A stretch of DNA of 64,000 nt from Phoronis australis (taxonomy: Eukaryota > Animalia > Phoronida): positions 746,233 to 810,232 of the forward strand of contig NMRA01000033.1 of the NCBI GenBank assembly GCA_002633005.1. Reading direction: 5' to 3'. The notes beneath the pieces are model-generated. The model was not told the DNA's origin, ran no database searches, and worked only from the letters and a program-made list of their open reading frames with translations. The position numbers and the translations under genes are program-made. Shown here piece by piece: positions 1 to 14,207 of the stretch. Within the stretch, counting starts at the first letter, position 1; each line of letters starts with the position of its first letter.

Positions 1-1085
1 AAATGATATATTATAATATACTATTGTAATTTCCCACGCGGCATATCCATAATTTCCCGCTCGACGAAAAAGAAAAAAACGGGACGTTTTTGCGGCACCC
101 GCAATTTCTCATTCAACTATGAAAACAAAAACCGCTGTCGGACATTTTTGGGTGATACATCTCCCGCTCGACAAAAACACTGTCAATACGTTTTTATGTG
201 TTGCAGCGACCATTTCACCCTTACGTTTTGGCTTAAACCCAGACGTCCAGCTTTTTGTCTTGAAGTTCAGCTTTTCTATCCAGTTGTTCCATTTTTTGTT
301 CTTGAATGTTGACCGTGACATCTATGCAATAGGTTTTCTAAATAACAATGTATCTTTTTATGAATATTGTTATTTTCCAGAGTTCACTTTCTTTAGAAAC
401 ATAACAATCGCAAAAATGTATTCTAATGTCTCTTATTTATGGTAAACCACACTACATGTATCAGGACAACCTTTACTTTCTCAAGAAAAGAGTTCACTTC
501 TTAACTTTTACGGGAAGTCCTACACTGCAATCAATGTGATGAGCTATCTACAGTACGTTTCAAAGCTACGTGATAGATGTTTGCCAATTTTTCATCTATC
601 AGAAAACCCTTTTCTCCTAATTTCAGAAATATACAGGGAGTAGTTTATCGCATTTTTCGTAAATGTCACTGCATTCTGCATTAATTTTTATTCAAAAACG
701 TTATTGTATCGAAGGGCACCAAAGGTCCAATTAATTACAATATGCAAAGATGTACAATTTGGGATCAGTGCCTGACTAAATTACCCACAGCAAGTGTAAT
801 GGATCCATATTCTAAAACCTTAGTCTTTATAGGATAAAAATATTGTGAATCATTGAAACTATTTCCTTAATGGCTTAACTAGTCATTTATATGACCTCTT
901 TGGTTCATTTCCGTTTTTATGGTTACTGCATTATACTTGTTGTTTTTCTCATTTTGGTAACACTCTCGGTTTTCAGAATTAAAAATATTTTTAAACCAGT
1001 CAGGTATACGAAATGATAATACAGTATGCATTAAATTTTTTCTTTTGTTTCCGGTATAACCATCAAGAACTGACAAAGGCCTTTC

Positions 1086-1544
1086 CAGAGGCGGATCTAC
1101 GGGNNNNNNNNNNNNNNNNNNNNNNNNNNNNNNNNNNNNNNNNNNNNNNNNNNNNNNNNNNNNNNNNNNNNNNNNNNNNNNNNNNNNNNNNNNNNNNNNN
1201 NNNNNNNNNNNNNNNNNNNNNNNNNNNNNNNNNNNNNNNNNNNNNNNNNNNNNNNNNNNNNNNNNNNNNNNNNNNNNNNNNNNNNNNNNNNNNNNNNNNN
1301 NNGGGGGGGGGGGGGGGGGGGGAGTGTTCAGGGAGCTCAACCCCCCTCGGGACAGGATAAAAAGTAAAAATTAAAAACAAAATGTGGCCAGAAAAACAAA
1401 ATCAGCTAGTAAAAACCAAAATAAAAAATCTTACACGGGAGGAGGAAAAACCCCCTCCCGACCTTCCCTCCGCTCGGCGCTACGCGCCTCGGATTCGCGC
1501 CAGTACTACCCCCCCCCCTTACTGAAAACGTAGATCTGCCACTG
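1086..1544. mobile_element. MITE with CAG-GGC(G/A)GATCTACG TIRs and 5-bp TSD (spans an N gap)
   Basis: CAGAGGCGGATCTACG...CGTAGATCTGCCACTG flanked by CTTTC at 1081-1085 and 1545-1549. Confidence 0.7.
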
Positions 1545-1982
1545 CTTTCTAATGATATGCCTCTTATGCAATTCTGTTGAAAAACGGCGGAATTGGGAAA
1601 ATTGGGTTTAATGACTGTAAATTCCATTGATATCCACCTGAAGAAGCGAATGCTAACAACTCTTACGCATGCGCGGCGCAACCTAAGCAGCCTGAAGATC
1701 GGAGTTGGCATTCCAGGGCTCGAAATCTATGAGTGCTTTGACCCCACTCCTGATTGGGCCCTTTTTCTCATCGCCAAAGCTCAAATGGCTAAACGACCAG
1801 CGCCATCTTGAGGCGTGGAGACGAGGCCGTATTTAATGGTCATCCCTGTCAATAGGCAGCGCTAACGTGGCGCGGTAAAAGAACGAGGAAAGTCGTGTCT
1901 CATACTCGTAGTCTTCTAGCCTAATTTGTTTGTTTCCCCTGTATTTACCGTGAACCATACTAAATAGGTTCCACAAACAAAA

Positions 1983-2115
1983 ATGCCATCCAAGTGGTAC
2001 AGAGTGATTGCTTTTCTCGTGGGTGCCTTCGGAATGGCGATGTTGAGCGTGGTCGCCGCATTCAACGTGTATGCCAATGCCTTCAAATCAAAGTTCAACT
2101 ACACGCAACAAGAAG
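1983..2115 (+). CDS. MFS transporter, Nodulin-like/MCH1-type, exon 1 of 3 (CDS 1983-2115, 8347-8553, 13009-14207; 512 aa)
   Basis: ATG 1983, MPSKWYRVIAFLVGAFGMAMLSVVAAFNVYANAFKSKFNYTQQE, donor G|GTAAGC (phase 1). FNVY...K...YTQ resembles the Nodulin-like family N-terminus. Confidence 0.85.
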
Positions 2116-4373
2116 GTAAGCTTTGTGACATTCACAGACGTCGTCAGCTCCTGGTCGTTCCTAATGCATTATATATTATTGGGACGATCGGAAGCGAAGG
2201 AACCTGTGTATGATGGCATCAGTAAACTGGTGAATATTTCTAAAAAATACACCCTTCAGTCGCAGTGTAGGATACAGTATAATATTATATTCCACCTATA
2301 ACAGAATCATTCAATGAGAAGAAATGAAAAGAAGGTGATTTGAAGTTGAACTGTGCATGACTATGTCTCCCCTTATAACTAAATTAGAATGCCAACGATG
2401 TTAACAAATAACTTATATAAAATCTTTATTATTATTCTAAACTACAGATGGAATTTCTAAGTAGGCCTACTAAGTATATTTTATGGTGACTAACTGCAAT
2501 TCTACATAAAACAATAACGGATAACACACTTGTTATTACCGTAGTCTTCAAAATCTACTGAATTTGAAAATGGATCTAAGCTTAGATATGCAGTGATAGT
2601 GATTGAAATTTGTAACTTTTTCTGAAGTGGTGCAAGGATTTGCAGTTGACCAATTGCTTGCTAAATGAATTTCATGGCTTAAATTTCCATGGTAATATGG
2701 CAGTATAGTCGTACGAGCCAAGTAGAATGAGAGAGACAGATTTAAGCCTACTATTTCTGTTATCTCATGTTATTTTGAAATATAAGTGTAAATTGAACAA
2801 CTTTTAAATTCTGTTTCAAGAAGAGATAAAGTATTAGTTTTGTATGCACACCCCATACCCCTAAACAATAACTTAGGTAATAACAGTAAACCATGCAGTG
2901 TAGTACAGTGCTCTGCTGTTTAAAAGTTTACTTGCCCTATGAATGATCAGGGCCATCGTTCATCCAAGGGAAAGGTGTCTGTGCCTTCTAAAAGAGGAAT
3001 GTGTTGGGGTGAGGGGAAATTCTACCCCGTGCTCACCTTAAATAGCACCCCACCCTGTTGTAAGCCCTCATACACTCTGCCTCATGTAGCCAAAACTAGC
3101 ATTTTGTGTCAAATTGTTACCTGCGTGAGTTACAAGCGATTTGAACCTTGGGGGGAGTTTTTCAATTGCTTGAGGGTAATTTTTGGACATCATGATTCGA
3201 ATTTGGTGTGACTTTTCAATATGTTTCAGAGGAGAATGGGGCCGATATTTGAGCCCTGATAATGACACTTGTTTTTGAAAGATTGGAATTTATGATAGTT
3301 TGAGTGTTCATAGCTGGTGCTGGTACAGTATAGGGAATAGAATAGTTACCTTCGACAACCTATTTGTGTTTACGGACCTACATTACCTATCTGTTCTTTA
3401 CATGTCAAATAACACGATAATGTACCCAAACACTCAAAAATGTAGTAACATACACTATTAAGAACATTATTTTATGCGGTGACACTAATCTTTGTTTCTT
3501 ATTATCTCCAAAGACCAAGCAGTTGTTTTTCCTCATTTAGAGATAACTTATTCACAACAAACTATATGCTCATTTTACTTTTAAAAACTCAGTGCTTACC
3601 TGTTGGGCGAGTACTTTTAAATTTGTCAAAGAACAGCGGATGTTGGCATCTTCAGCAAGCAGAATGTACTGAAAAATTAGGCAAAATTTTCGACAATTCC
3701 GCAACAGCTGCCAAAATGGCTGCCAACATTACTGCATGAACGACCACCAGAAGGGACTGATACAGCAACCATGATGTACATGTAATATATGAATATTAAA
3801 GGTGTTTTTACGAACTGCAAGGATATTAAACTAGTGTTATGCATTCATGTTTATTTTGTACAAAATGGCTGCGAAGATGGCTGCCATCCATAACACAAAA
3901 GTAGTAGTAATACAATTTTTCAAGACGAAACCAAAACGAAATTCGTTCAAATTTAAGAACAAACTTTTGCTCAACCGGCAACAAGACTACCCAGAAGTTC
4001 AAAAGTCCATCTGTAACAAATACAAGGGCACACTGAGTGCATCGCATAGAGCACAGATACAAAGGATCCTCATTATTTTAATCCCACAGGGGGGTGCAAT
4101 GCGGATGGAGCAAATGCACTCAAAAATTTAGGTAAAGCAAAATACATCAAATATGTCTGAAAATTGGAAGGCATTGTAGTCTCTTTAATAGAAACCTAAC
4201 TACCAAGTTTCATGAAAATCCATGTATGAACTCTGAAGATACACAGGAAAACATACAAAAAAGTTGCCCTTGGGGGCACACCAGTCGTCGGATTGTTCTA
4301 AAACTCATCATCATATGTTGTCAGCCCCAAAGAAAAAACAGCTGCCAGCTTTCAGTTTTCCACACTGACTTTG

Positions 4374-5180
4374 TCATAACTCACTGATTGCTTTTTTCTT
4401 TTGTTCAATGGAAACTTTCTGGCTCTTTATCTGATGTGTGACTGTCCAATGCTTGATCTGGCATGCTTTTGTAGACTTTAGTGAAGACTTGAGATCACGA
4501 ATGGTTTTCTTTTCCTTCGAAACATACTGTAGCCGTCTCTTTAGTTTTTGTTTCCTAGGTGTTAGGGCTTCTCGCTTAGAGGATGGTGTTGATTTGGATG
4601 GCTCTAATTCAACTGAAGGGCCATCTTCAAGCTCTGGTTGTGTCAGCTCAGGAGATAGAGGTTCATGGTGGGGGTTAGCAACCTTGCAAGGTTCTTCACT
4701 GGGTTCAGGAAGGAGAGGAAATAAATCTTTGCACACTTCTTTAAACTGGGACATGCTTCTTTCATTTGAAACTGATTGATACTCTTCAGTGACCTATTCA
4801 CCAGCGAGTTGATGTTGCTTGTAGTAATTTTCCAATTACCAATAAGTTCACATTTTAAAGTTGACTCTGTCTCTTGTTGCATTGTAGGAACACTCATATT
4901 TGAGCTTGTGCAATATGTTATGTAATGATTTAATTATCATTAGGTGACTGAGTTAGCCCATTGAGGCTGGTGGATGTGGTGAATATTCTGTTTTTGATGT
5001 TGTATTTACTGGCACCCTTATGTCACTATAATAAATAAATATAATAAAAAAATAGAGGGCATGACCATTTTTCATGTTTTCACTGGGAACAGAGTTGAAG
5101 TTCTCTTGCAGGAACTGTCTCGCTTTGCCAGATTGAGATGGAGGTGACAACTTTCTTCTTTTTTTAAGGCATTCTGAAAA
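4374..5180 (-). pseudogene. Possible decayed transposon-derived coding fragments in MFS intron 1
   Basis: Basic, low-complexity ORF pieces (TPRKQKLKRRL, KKRRKL) in different frames; no recognisable catalytic motif. Confidence 0.25.
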
Positions 5181-7118
5181 TATAAAAAAGACATGTAAGG
5201 AAATCAACATACCAATGTACTGTGTCATAATATATTTGTTGTACACCAAATAATTCAGACTGCCTTGTCCTGTAACTATTATTAAACACTCATTACAAAC
5301 CCTCAAACTAAAGTTTGAAATTTTTTGACACTGATGTGCAACATAGTAAAAAACATTTTACTTAGATGAGCAACACATAACAGAAAAACTAACCTTTTTG
5401 ATGAGGCGTTTAGTGTTCACAAAATGCATTGATTTATAATTTTCAAAAAATTAAACAGTTCCTTTCCTTAATAAGTGTATACTTCAAGAACTTGTTCATC
5501 ATGATTTACGTTTGATGATTAAAAAGTGATTTTTAAGTTATCCCCACTTATTAGCATCCTTGGTTATGTAGCTGGCATGTCAGCTCGCCAACTTGCTACC
5601 TGACAAAGAAGACCTAGTCAAAACAGGGAAACCCTGTATGCAGTGGTGTGGATGTTCTGGCCTCCATAAATGGTGCATAGTTAACCATAAAAAAAGAATA
5701 ATTAGACATTTGAATGAAGAAAACTGGGCAAATGTCTGCCGGAATGCTCAAAAACGCCTGGGCAGTGTTTTGTCTTTTAGTTAGTCAAATGGAAAACTAG
5801 GTGACGACCAGCTTCAAGGTGACAATCAATTTCCCCTCGGGCCCAATATCCTACCCAGACTCCACTCCACCTACCTAAAGAGAAAGCAGATGATCAAGAC
5901 ACGTAGTCTCTGCTTATGTCGTGATCATGCCCTACCAGCTTTTAGAGAACGATTCACTTTTCCACCTCTTTCCTTCCTCTAGTAATTTGAGTGCGTACTG
6001 GAGTGTATGCATAACTGACGACTTTGGGTTTTTACCTTATCGCTAAATGAAATCTCAAGTCTCATTGGTGAGCTGCAGGTTGTCAAGTTGAGCCAGCTGT
6101 GATATTGATATACTGCCAAAACTGCACTTGTCTCCCTGTCAAGTTTTGTCCTAAATATACAAATTATATGTAATGTGGCCAAAAAAAGTCGTAACATTGA
6201 CTGAAAGAAGATATGGTTGTCAACGGATGGTCACCGACCCCCAGGGGTACTTCAAACATGTTGGCTATTTGAAAGTTGGGCAAGAGTTGCCTCCAAATAT
6301 CCCTGAAAATAAGTTTTATTTATTGTCTGATAACGTTGAAAAGCAACCCTTGAAAATTGTACTTGACGTATTATTATACATGAAGTGATGTGCAAGTATG
6401 TAATTAAAATTATATAAAATGATATAAAACCGACATGAAAGGACACTTCGCAGTGGGTTGTTGTACATAAAACTTCCTTAAGTCCCATCAACACACAGCC
6501 TATCCTAGAACAAGTTGCACTAGTTTAACTTACCTCACTTTTGAGTGGAGCGTCCACACACACGTATCCGGTAACTGAGGTAAGGCTGAAGTTGTTACTC
6601 AGTGCATGACAATGAACAGCTAATGCGAATACAGGGCGTAAATGAAGACCCGTCTGTAACCACTGCTGATAATTACATCTGCCTTGCCCCAGGTTTGCGG
6701 CCATACAACAATTAGAAGTGGCACAAGTTTCTGTAGAACAAGTTACCTTACCTCGATAAAGTAGAGTAAGTTGTATTATTTAGATTACATTTTTCAGACT
6801 GTTGGATTGTACTGTGGCTGCTCTTTTGACTCAAGAAACTGGTATGCAGTGAATGGCTGCTTGAAATAAAGGTGTCAAAGGTGGTCAGACATTTATTCAT
6901 CCTCCGGTCGTTTTCAAAAGAGTTACCATTTTATGAAATACCGTTAGTTAAATTTTCACTCATTCAGTTCGTTTTGGTATATTTGCGTTGCAATTTCTTT
7001 CCAGATACTAATGTTAGAGTGTGATCTAATGCATGTTTGTGTGCATTACCATTTGATTTTCAGAACTTGATCTTTTAAATATGCAATGGACTCTCTATTT
7101 TTTTACTTTTTCTTACCT

Positions 7119-7859
7119 TTTTATGCACCCACATATTTATGTGTGGGCGCCGTCATCTCTGTCTGGGCGTCTGGCATCCGCAGCTGTATCTCCTAAACCC
7201 CTCACAGGATCTTGATGAGATTTGGCAGATGTGTTCCTATGAAGCTGACGACGGATGACGACGAATTGTGGAACTATCCGACTTTAGATGTGCACCCTAG
7301 TGGCTGTTTTATTTTTTTTAATGTTTACATCCTTTTTCTCTAATTCAAGCTCCTTTATGGATTTTTATGAAATTTGGTAAATAGTTTTCTATTGAAACGA
7401 TGACATGTTTCTGTTTTTTGATGTATTTTGTGCCATCTGGTGGCCATTTTTACTGTTTTGTAGTCTGTTTTTTGCATCTGCCGCTCTGTCAACCAAATCC
7501 TTCCAAGTATGATTGTGAAAATTGGCTATTATGTTCTTAGTGTGAGGAGAATGGTTGGCGATGATTTTCCGATGACTTCAACTACTGTGGCGCCTCCTTG
7601 TGGCAGATATTTTTTTTGCGCCCATAGCCCCCTAGTAACAATGTTTTTTTTGTTTTGCTCTGTTTCTCTGAAATTTTTATAGTTGGTAAATAGCTTTTTA
7701 TTAATTAAAAGAATCGATGACAAGTTCCCGTTTTTGGATGGATTTGACGTATTTTTCTTCATCTAGTCGCCATTTCTGTGATACAAATAAATATCCCTAG
7801 AAGCACACCGTTTACGGTGCCTTGGTGGGCGTACTTCAACGCTCTGCGTTGATCTTGTT
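7119..7859 (+). mobile_element. Non-autonomous Helentron-type interspersed element (HINE-like)
   Basis: Starts in a T-run then ATGCACCCAC; 3' end has the imperfect inverted GTGGGCGTAC, a hairpin CAACGC-TCT-GCGTTG and CTTGTT. Homologous copy in reverse orientation from ~17378. Confidence 0.55.
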
Positions 7860-8346
7860 CCTACTTTTTGTGAAGCGTCTTTCTATTGTTTTCTTGTGAA
7901 AAGCTGTTAAAGAGCAGATTTTATTTTATTTTTAAAAAAGTTTCAAGAAAAAAAAGATATGCAATTTCTTTGATTTAAATTGAAGATTTAATGGGATTGA
8001 AGAAAATGTGTTTGCTATCAAGTTGTTCAAGATTTGTGATTTTTAAGCCTATGCACGAAGCAGAGTTACTATGTAGTTCGGGGGTTTATCTGAGTAATCT
8101 TATGTGGAAATGACTCGACTTGATTTGAAGTTTGCTCACTGCATGTGACTTCTCAATAGCTTGAGGCATTGCAGGTTTTGTTGTAACCCGATCCAAAATG
8201 GCAAATGTTGCATCCCTCTTAAAATCTCATTTCCCATTAAACTGCTTTCTAAAGTGGCATAACGACCATTATCATTTTTGATTTGATTTTGCTAAGTGTT
8301 GCTTTCAAGAACGCTTTTATTTGATTTCTTTATTTTTCTATTTCAG

Positions 8347-8553
8347 TTGAGTTGTTAGCATCAGTCGGCGTAATCGGTCAGTTCCTTGGTATCCCTGCCG
8401 GAATGTTGTTTCATTCCTATGGTCCGCGCGCCACGTCATTGGTGGGACTCATTCTCAGCGCTGTTGGCTTCTTGTTGATATACATGGCTATTCGTCTCAA
8501 TCACATATTCAGCTCGTACAGCTTTGTTGTCTCCATATTTTTCTTTATAGCCA
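8347..8553 (+). CDS. MFS transporter exon 2
   Basis: Polypyrimidine tract + TTTCAG acceptor; in frame with exon 1 (G+TT=V, ELLASVGVIGQFLGIPAGMLFHSYGPR, MFS motif-A-like); donor A|GTAAGT, phase 1. Confidence 0.85.
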
Positions 8554-8741
8554 GTAAGTATGATGTGTTTGAGACTGGTGATATCTTGAAAAGGTAGATA
8601 GTTAATGGCATTTAGAATATTGATATTAATTCTAGATACCGTATTTCATTTTGTTTACCCTGATTTGTGATACAAAGTGTTTTTATGCACCCAGGGGGTG
8701 CAGACACATATATTTTTCATTTTGTTTTTTAGCTGTTTTAA

Positions 8742-10423
8742 AGGAGCATGCCACCCAAAAAACAACCTAATTTGTATCAATTTAGATCGAGTAGTTCTAC
8801 TCCATAACGACATGTACGGTTGCGTTACCTGACACCTAACCGCAGACGGAGGTGTGGAAATTATCCAATGACGTCATCGGTTTCACACGGTGTCTGTTCA
8901 GCAGTTCACAACATGGGTTACTGGTGTCAGCTTATCGCTTGAAGTCATCGTTTAACAGCAATAAATCATCAAACTTCGATGTAAAACCCTTAAAAATACA
9001 CCGAGTTCTTATAAAAACATGTTTTTTTTTTCGCTCTTACGGATTTATTGGTATTTGGACACAGTGTAGCCTACAAAGTTCGGCAGGCCAATGTCCTTAG
9101 CAGGAGTTTGGGGTCTGTTCGGAGATAATTTCGAAGAATTTTCCGTGAGATACAGACAAGAGAACCTAGATCTGTGTTGTTTAGACTTGTCATTTTTTGA
9201 GTTCTAAACACAAAACGCTTGTTATCCTAGCCAGTGGCTCGGAGCCCGATCAGGCCCGTCGCGGCCGGCCGTATTGACTCATTATCCCCGCCGGCCAGTG
9301 GCTCGGAAACTGATCAGACATCACGAACATAAACCAGCCAAAGTTCAGTGGAAACTAAACTTCCAGTCAAGAAAATACTATACTTGTGAGCCAAAGTAAT
9401 GTGCAAGTGATTATGTTGGTGAATTAGCCACGAAACTGCAAATGTACTTAATCGTCGGGGGCCGCGAATTCAAGTTCCGCTTTGGCCACAGCACCGTCAG
9501 GGCAGAAGTTGTACATTGACAATCATTCTTTGAGTAATGTAAATGTAAATAAAGATTCCCCTAACACCTGGCCGTGGGATGGAAATCGAGTTGTTTCACA
9601 ACAGTTTCTGCCAGCAAACACTAAATTAGCATGAGCTCACACGGCCTCTGTGTCCTGTCAATTAGTTTTATTGCACCTAAAGCCGGTATAGCAGTGATTT
9701 ATTCATTGCTGGCTTCTCAAATCATTTGCACTAACGAACACTCCAAAGGCATTACAAATTGCATCTAATGAGACAGACTTTGTTTCAGTTTTATATATAT
9801 GTATTGGTTAGGGTGAGAATAATTCATTTTGAAACAGAACGCTCAGTAATAAACGCCAACATGGCAACTCGCAATCCCGACTTAGGACGAGCTAGAGCTC
9901 ATCAGTCCCGACTTCGCAGGTGGGTCGTTAAGTTTCACAGGCTATCAGTTTGAACAGGAATACAGTGATGAAGAAATACTAGAGAGGCACCGTGAACAAG
10001 CTCAGACAACGGAACGTATGTAGTTATTTGGTAAGCCGGCATTCGTCAGGCACTTTCGACATCTGCAGGCACAGACACGGAGAAGTTTCACGGCCTCATA
10101 CTTGCTATTTACAGCGTACATTTCATTCTTCACTACCATGAGCCACTTCCTAAGCATTTCGGACTCTCGAGGAAGTAAAAAAAAACACGATATATCCGCT
10201 TTCCTCGCAGCTGCTTAGTTCGGACAAGCGGGAACGATGCACCGCAACATAGCGGCATTCACTCTGCATATGAACCACTGACGTCGCTAGCGTCGTTTCT
10301 CACCTTCCTCGCAGGTTAACGCGACACCTCTTGGCAAGGTAAGGTCGACCGTATGCGAGGCGATGTGGATATAGACCGATTAAGACGGCAAAAAAGACTA
10401 ATTAAATCGGGTGGCATTCTCCT
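8742..10423. mobile_element. Non-autonomous Kolobok-type DNA transposon in MFS intron 2
   Basis: TIR AGGAGCATGCCACCC / GGGTGGCATTCTCCT (1 mismatch), TTAA on both sides (8738-8741, 10424-10427), 5'-RR terminus; internal relic GYQFEQEYSDEEI (~9939-9980). Confidence 0.75.
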
Positions 10424-13008
10424 TTAATTTTTGTCCTTCAATTTTGATAAACTTCAATTTTGATAAAACAACTTTGTGAATTTTGTTGAAATTTGACTCA
10501 AAAGTATTTGGTGGGAATGCACATTCGTCAGTATTGTCAGTATGGCTTGACAGATTTTCATTAAACTTGGAGCAAGGCGTGGGTACCAGGTGGTTTTTGG
10601 ACAAGTTCGCCTGCTCTGGCACTCCCTGTTTACCGGCATAGTTTTTGCCAAGATATGCTTGTCCTTTGTTTATTATCAAAGTGAGTTGGTAGATTTTGGT
10701 GAAATTTAATGCTCATACATATGGTAGGGATGCACCGATACCAGTCAAATTTCAGACCAATTAGTTTAATATAGTTTGCCAGTGGCCATTTTGTTTTTTG
10801 GCAAGGTATTCCTTGTCCTTCAATCACTGTATGTGTGGCTTGAGGGATTTGCTAAACCTTGACACGGAAGTATAAGGTGATTATTTGCTGGCACCAATCA
10901 ACTAGCATGATAGCGCCGTGTGTCCGTTGATTTAATTGAGGCTTGTCAGATTTTGACAAAGCATTACGCAGCAGTATATGGTTTATTTTTGTGTAGCCAT
11001 TTTAGTATCTGAGTTTGACATGATATTCTTTATATGTCAATTATTGTCAAAATGGCTTGGACAGAATTTTGGTAAATGGTGGTCAATTTTCAGATTTTCT
11101 GTCGTGGCCAACTAATGAGGCCTCGTCCCACATCACACTTACAATGCTTATTCTGTTAACAAAAACAGGTCAGTGTCACACAGGCAGTACTTTTTCCATT
11201 CTCCTACTTATCTTGTCAGTCATGCGAAACACTTGCAGTATAAACAAGCTAAGGTTCTAAATGACCTACACTGTTAACTCAAATAAGTGCCCATGTCCTT
11301 ATAAGCGTGCTCTAACTGAAGTTTGAACTCCATGAATGACTTTAGTGTTCGCAGAGATCCACAAACAAATGACATAGGACAGGTGAAATTTTGCCCCCAA
11401 GATTTTAATAAAAATGCTGTGGTATAATTATTTTCCTGGGCTCATTGTACCATGGACAAATCGGATGGTAACACGAGGTGATACGCATTCTCAATTTGAT
11501 GTACCCAAATTATGGCAAAAACTCTGCCGTTTGGGACAGTCTCTGATATTTTGGACTCCGAAATTAAAGTCTATATGGCTTTTCTTGATTCTAAAGATTG
11601 GGACATTGGCGATTTTGGCATTCATCGTATCTATTGTTGAGGTGTTAAAAAGTATTTGGGAAAAATTGAACCACGTGTGGCCAATACTGTACCACATTGA
11701 TGTTAAAAGGGGAGTTTTGCCCTGTTATTGTAGTTCTTGAATTTGGAAGGCCAAAATTGCCTATTTTAAAATTTGGTACAATCTCCAACCTTAAGCAAAA
11801 TCGGTAAGTTTTCAGTCTCAAACTGGAGAATTTTACTTTAGACAAGGCTTGGCATTGCTCTTTCTTTATCAAGAGGTTTTTAAACAAACAACAAAGTTCA
11901 ACACGAAAAATCACCTTGTGGCAAAATACCTGTGGGTTGGTTTGAAATATTGAAGGGAACTTTAATGCACTGTCACAAAGATTTAGCACCATGATGATGC
12001 TTATAGGAGGTCTGTAACATTTGTAAACTCTACTTGTTGGAAAGGACAATAGGCTGACCTTGTACTGAACCATTTGTGCAAGTTTGCAACAAATTTTTCA
12101 TAACAGAAGTGCTGTTGAACAAACCACTGCCCTTGCCAAATGATGTCCCTTTGTTGTGTCTTTGTTGGATATAACAATACAGGTAGCACCAATATCCTAC
12201 CTTGGGCCCACATCAGCCAGTTGCTGATGAATGCTTACCATTATCTTAATTATAAGAAAGAAAAACAAAGTGAACAATGGATACCACCTATCTACACTAT
12301 GCCACAAGCTTGCATCCTAGTTTCCCCCTGGGTGACTTCCCAATATTCTAGCTTGCTCATAGTCTTCTCATATGTTCAAAGTGAAAGAAACCTTTGTATT
12401 GGCTCACATTGAAGTGAACAGGAATGATACAAGACCTGAAGAGTGAAAAATTGATCCATGGTATTAAACTCAGTGGCAGCCAACAAAGCGTGTGCCATTC
12501 TGTATGCATACAGCTAGCTTGGATGTTTTCTGCGGCATATGTGGTGAAAGTTTTGTTTATCATATTTTGGCAAGCATCATTTCTTGTCCAAATGAATTGT
12601 TAACTGAGTTCAGCATTAGAAAGAAACAATGGAGCTTAGATGTAACCCTGCATATCTCTGTCAATGAAAGCTATTTCAGGTGAAAATGAGTCTTGTCATG
12701 CAAAAAGTAGTAACTTAATTATCTCAATGTATCCAAGCTAATGCCACAAAAGAAATCCAAAAGTTAATACACGTTACTTTGCATTAGTTGACATCGTACC
12801 ACTTGCATCTTGTCTGTCAGGATTACGTGCACAGGCTGTCACTCGTCGCTTTTGTCACGGTCCAGGAGACAACGTGTTAATTGAGGTTCCTATATTTGGA
12901 ATGCGGTCATGCTTGATTTTGATACTTGTAGCAATTATAGAAAGACGATGGTTTTTGGAAATCATTCCTATGTGCGTAGTTAGTGACATGATTTTTTTGA
13001 TATTTCAG

Positions 13009-14207
13009 ATCACAGTCTGTCATATTCATACCTCGGTTTCTTGCTGACAAACATGGAACTTTTCTCTGATGCGCACCGTGGCAAAATTGTTGTAGCCCTC
13101 AACACATTATATCAGGCACCGTTTTGGCCATTTATTTACAACTACGCATTTCTGGGTGAAGATGTGAAATACCAGAGCCAAGATAATATTGGAGGATTCT
13201 TTCTGACTTTAGGCATCGTGTTCATTGTTGTAAATCTACTCGGGTTAGTGATTCTTCGTAAAAATACTGCCGGAAATGAGACAAAGCAGATGGACTATGG
13301 TGAAACGGAGCTGAGTCCTATGACGACAAATGGGAATACTTCATCTGAGACGAAAGGAAACGAGAAAGATCGTGAGAAGATGGTGAGCAAGGATGAGCAA
13401 ACAGAAATTAAACCCGCTACTAATAGCCAACCATTCCTCACTCGTCTTAGAAAGACGTTTTCAAGAAGCAGAAAAAAGAAATCAAGCTCTTACATAGATG
13501 ACACACATGAGTGTGAAGTGGCGGAGGTTCCAGAAGGCCAGCCACTGAAGACCGACGTTATCATCTCTCCACAAAGTAACCCTTCAGCTATGTCGCTAAT
13601 TGCCATGTTCACAAAACCAGCCTTCCAGTGTGCTATGTGGGTCGTCGTTTTCGCCTTTGCCGTCAACATTACATTGCTCGCAAATCTGTCGGCCATTTTG
13701 TATTCGGTCGCCTTGTCTGACTGGTTCTCACTGTTCATTATCGCATGCCCACTGATTGGTCTCTTGATGTCGTTTACCATTTGCACACTTTCGAGCCTTT
13801 TCGCACACCGCATCCGTTCGTCAGTGATCTCACTAGGTCTCACGTCTCTGCAATTGGCTAGTCAAATATTGCTAATTTTTTTCATGGACAGCATGCCCGT
13901 TCTGTTCATTTGCACATGTGTCGAAATAGGCACAGCACTCTCGAGTTTCTCGCTCATTCCAACGATTGTAAGTCGAGAACTGGGCTCAGATAATTTCAAC
14001 CGAATTTGGGGATATGTACTGTTGCTGGTGTCGCTGGTTACCCTGGCGGGTCAGAACAGTTTTGGCGCTATTTACGAGAGCAAAATCACAGACCATGGGA
14101 CTCACTGCACAGGAACACATTGTGTTGTAGACTGCTTCCTAATGATGAGTATAGCTTGCGGTGTGTCTGTGTTATTTAATGTTGGGCTTGTGGAAGTGGG
14201 TTGGTAG
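13009..14207 (+). CDS. MFS transporter exon 3 (central hydrophilic loop + C-terminal TM bundle)
   Basis: TTTCAG acceptor ending 13008; A+AT=N continues into ORF 13041-14207; many hydrophobic helices; ELGSDNFNRIWG and C-terminal C-x-G-x-x-C as in Nodulin-like/MCH1 proteins; stop TAG. Confidence 0.88.

Noticed and set aside
13490-13843. Antisense ORFs over the MFS, aminotransferase and KMT2C/D exons
   Set aside because: Shadow frames of real coding exons with no independent motifs.
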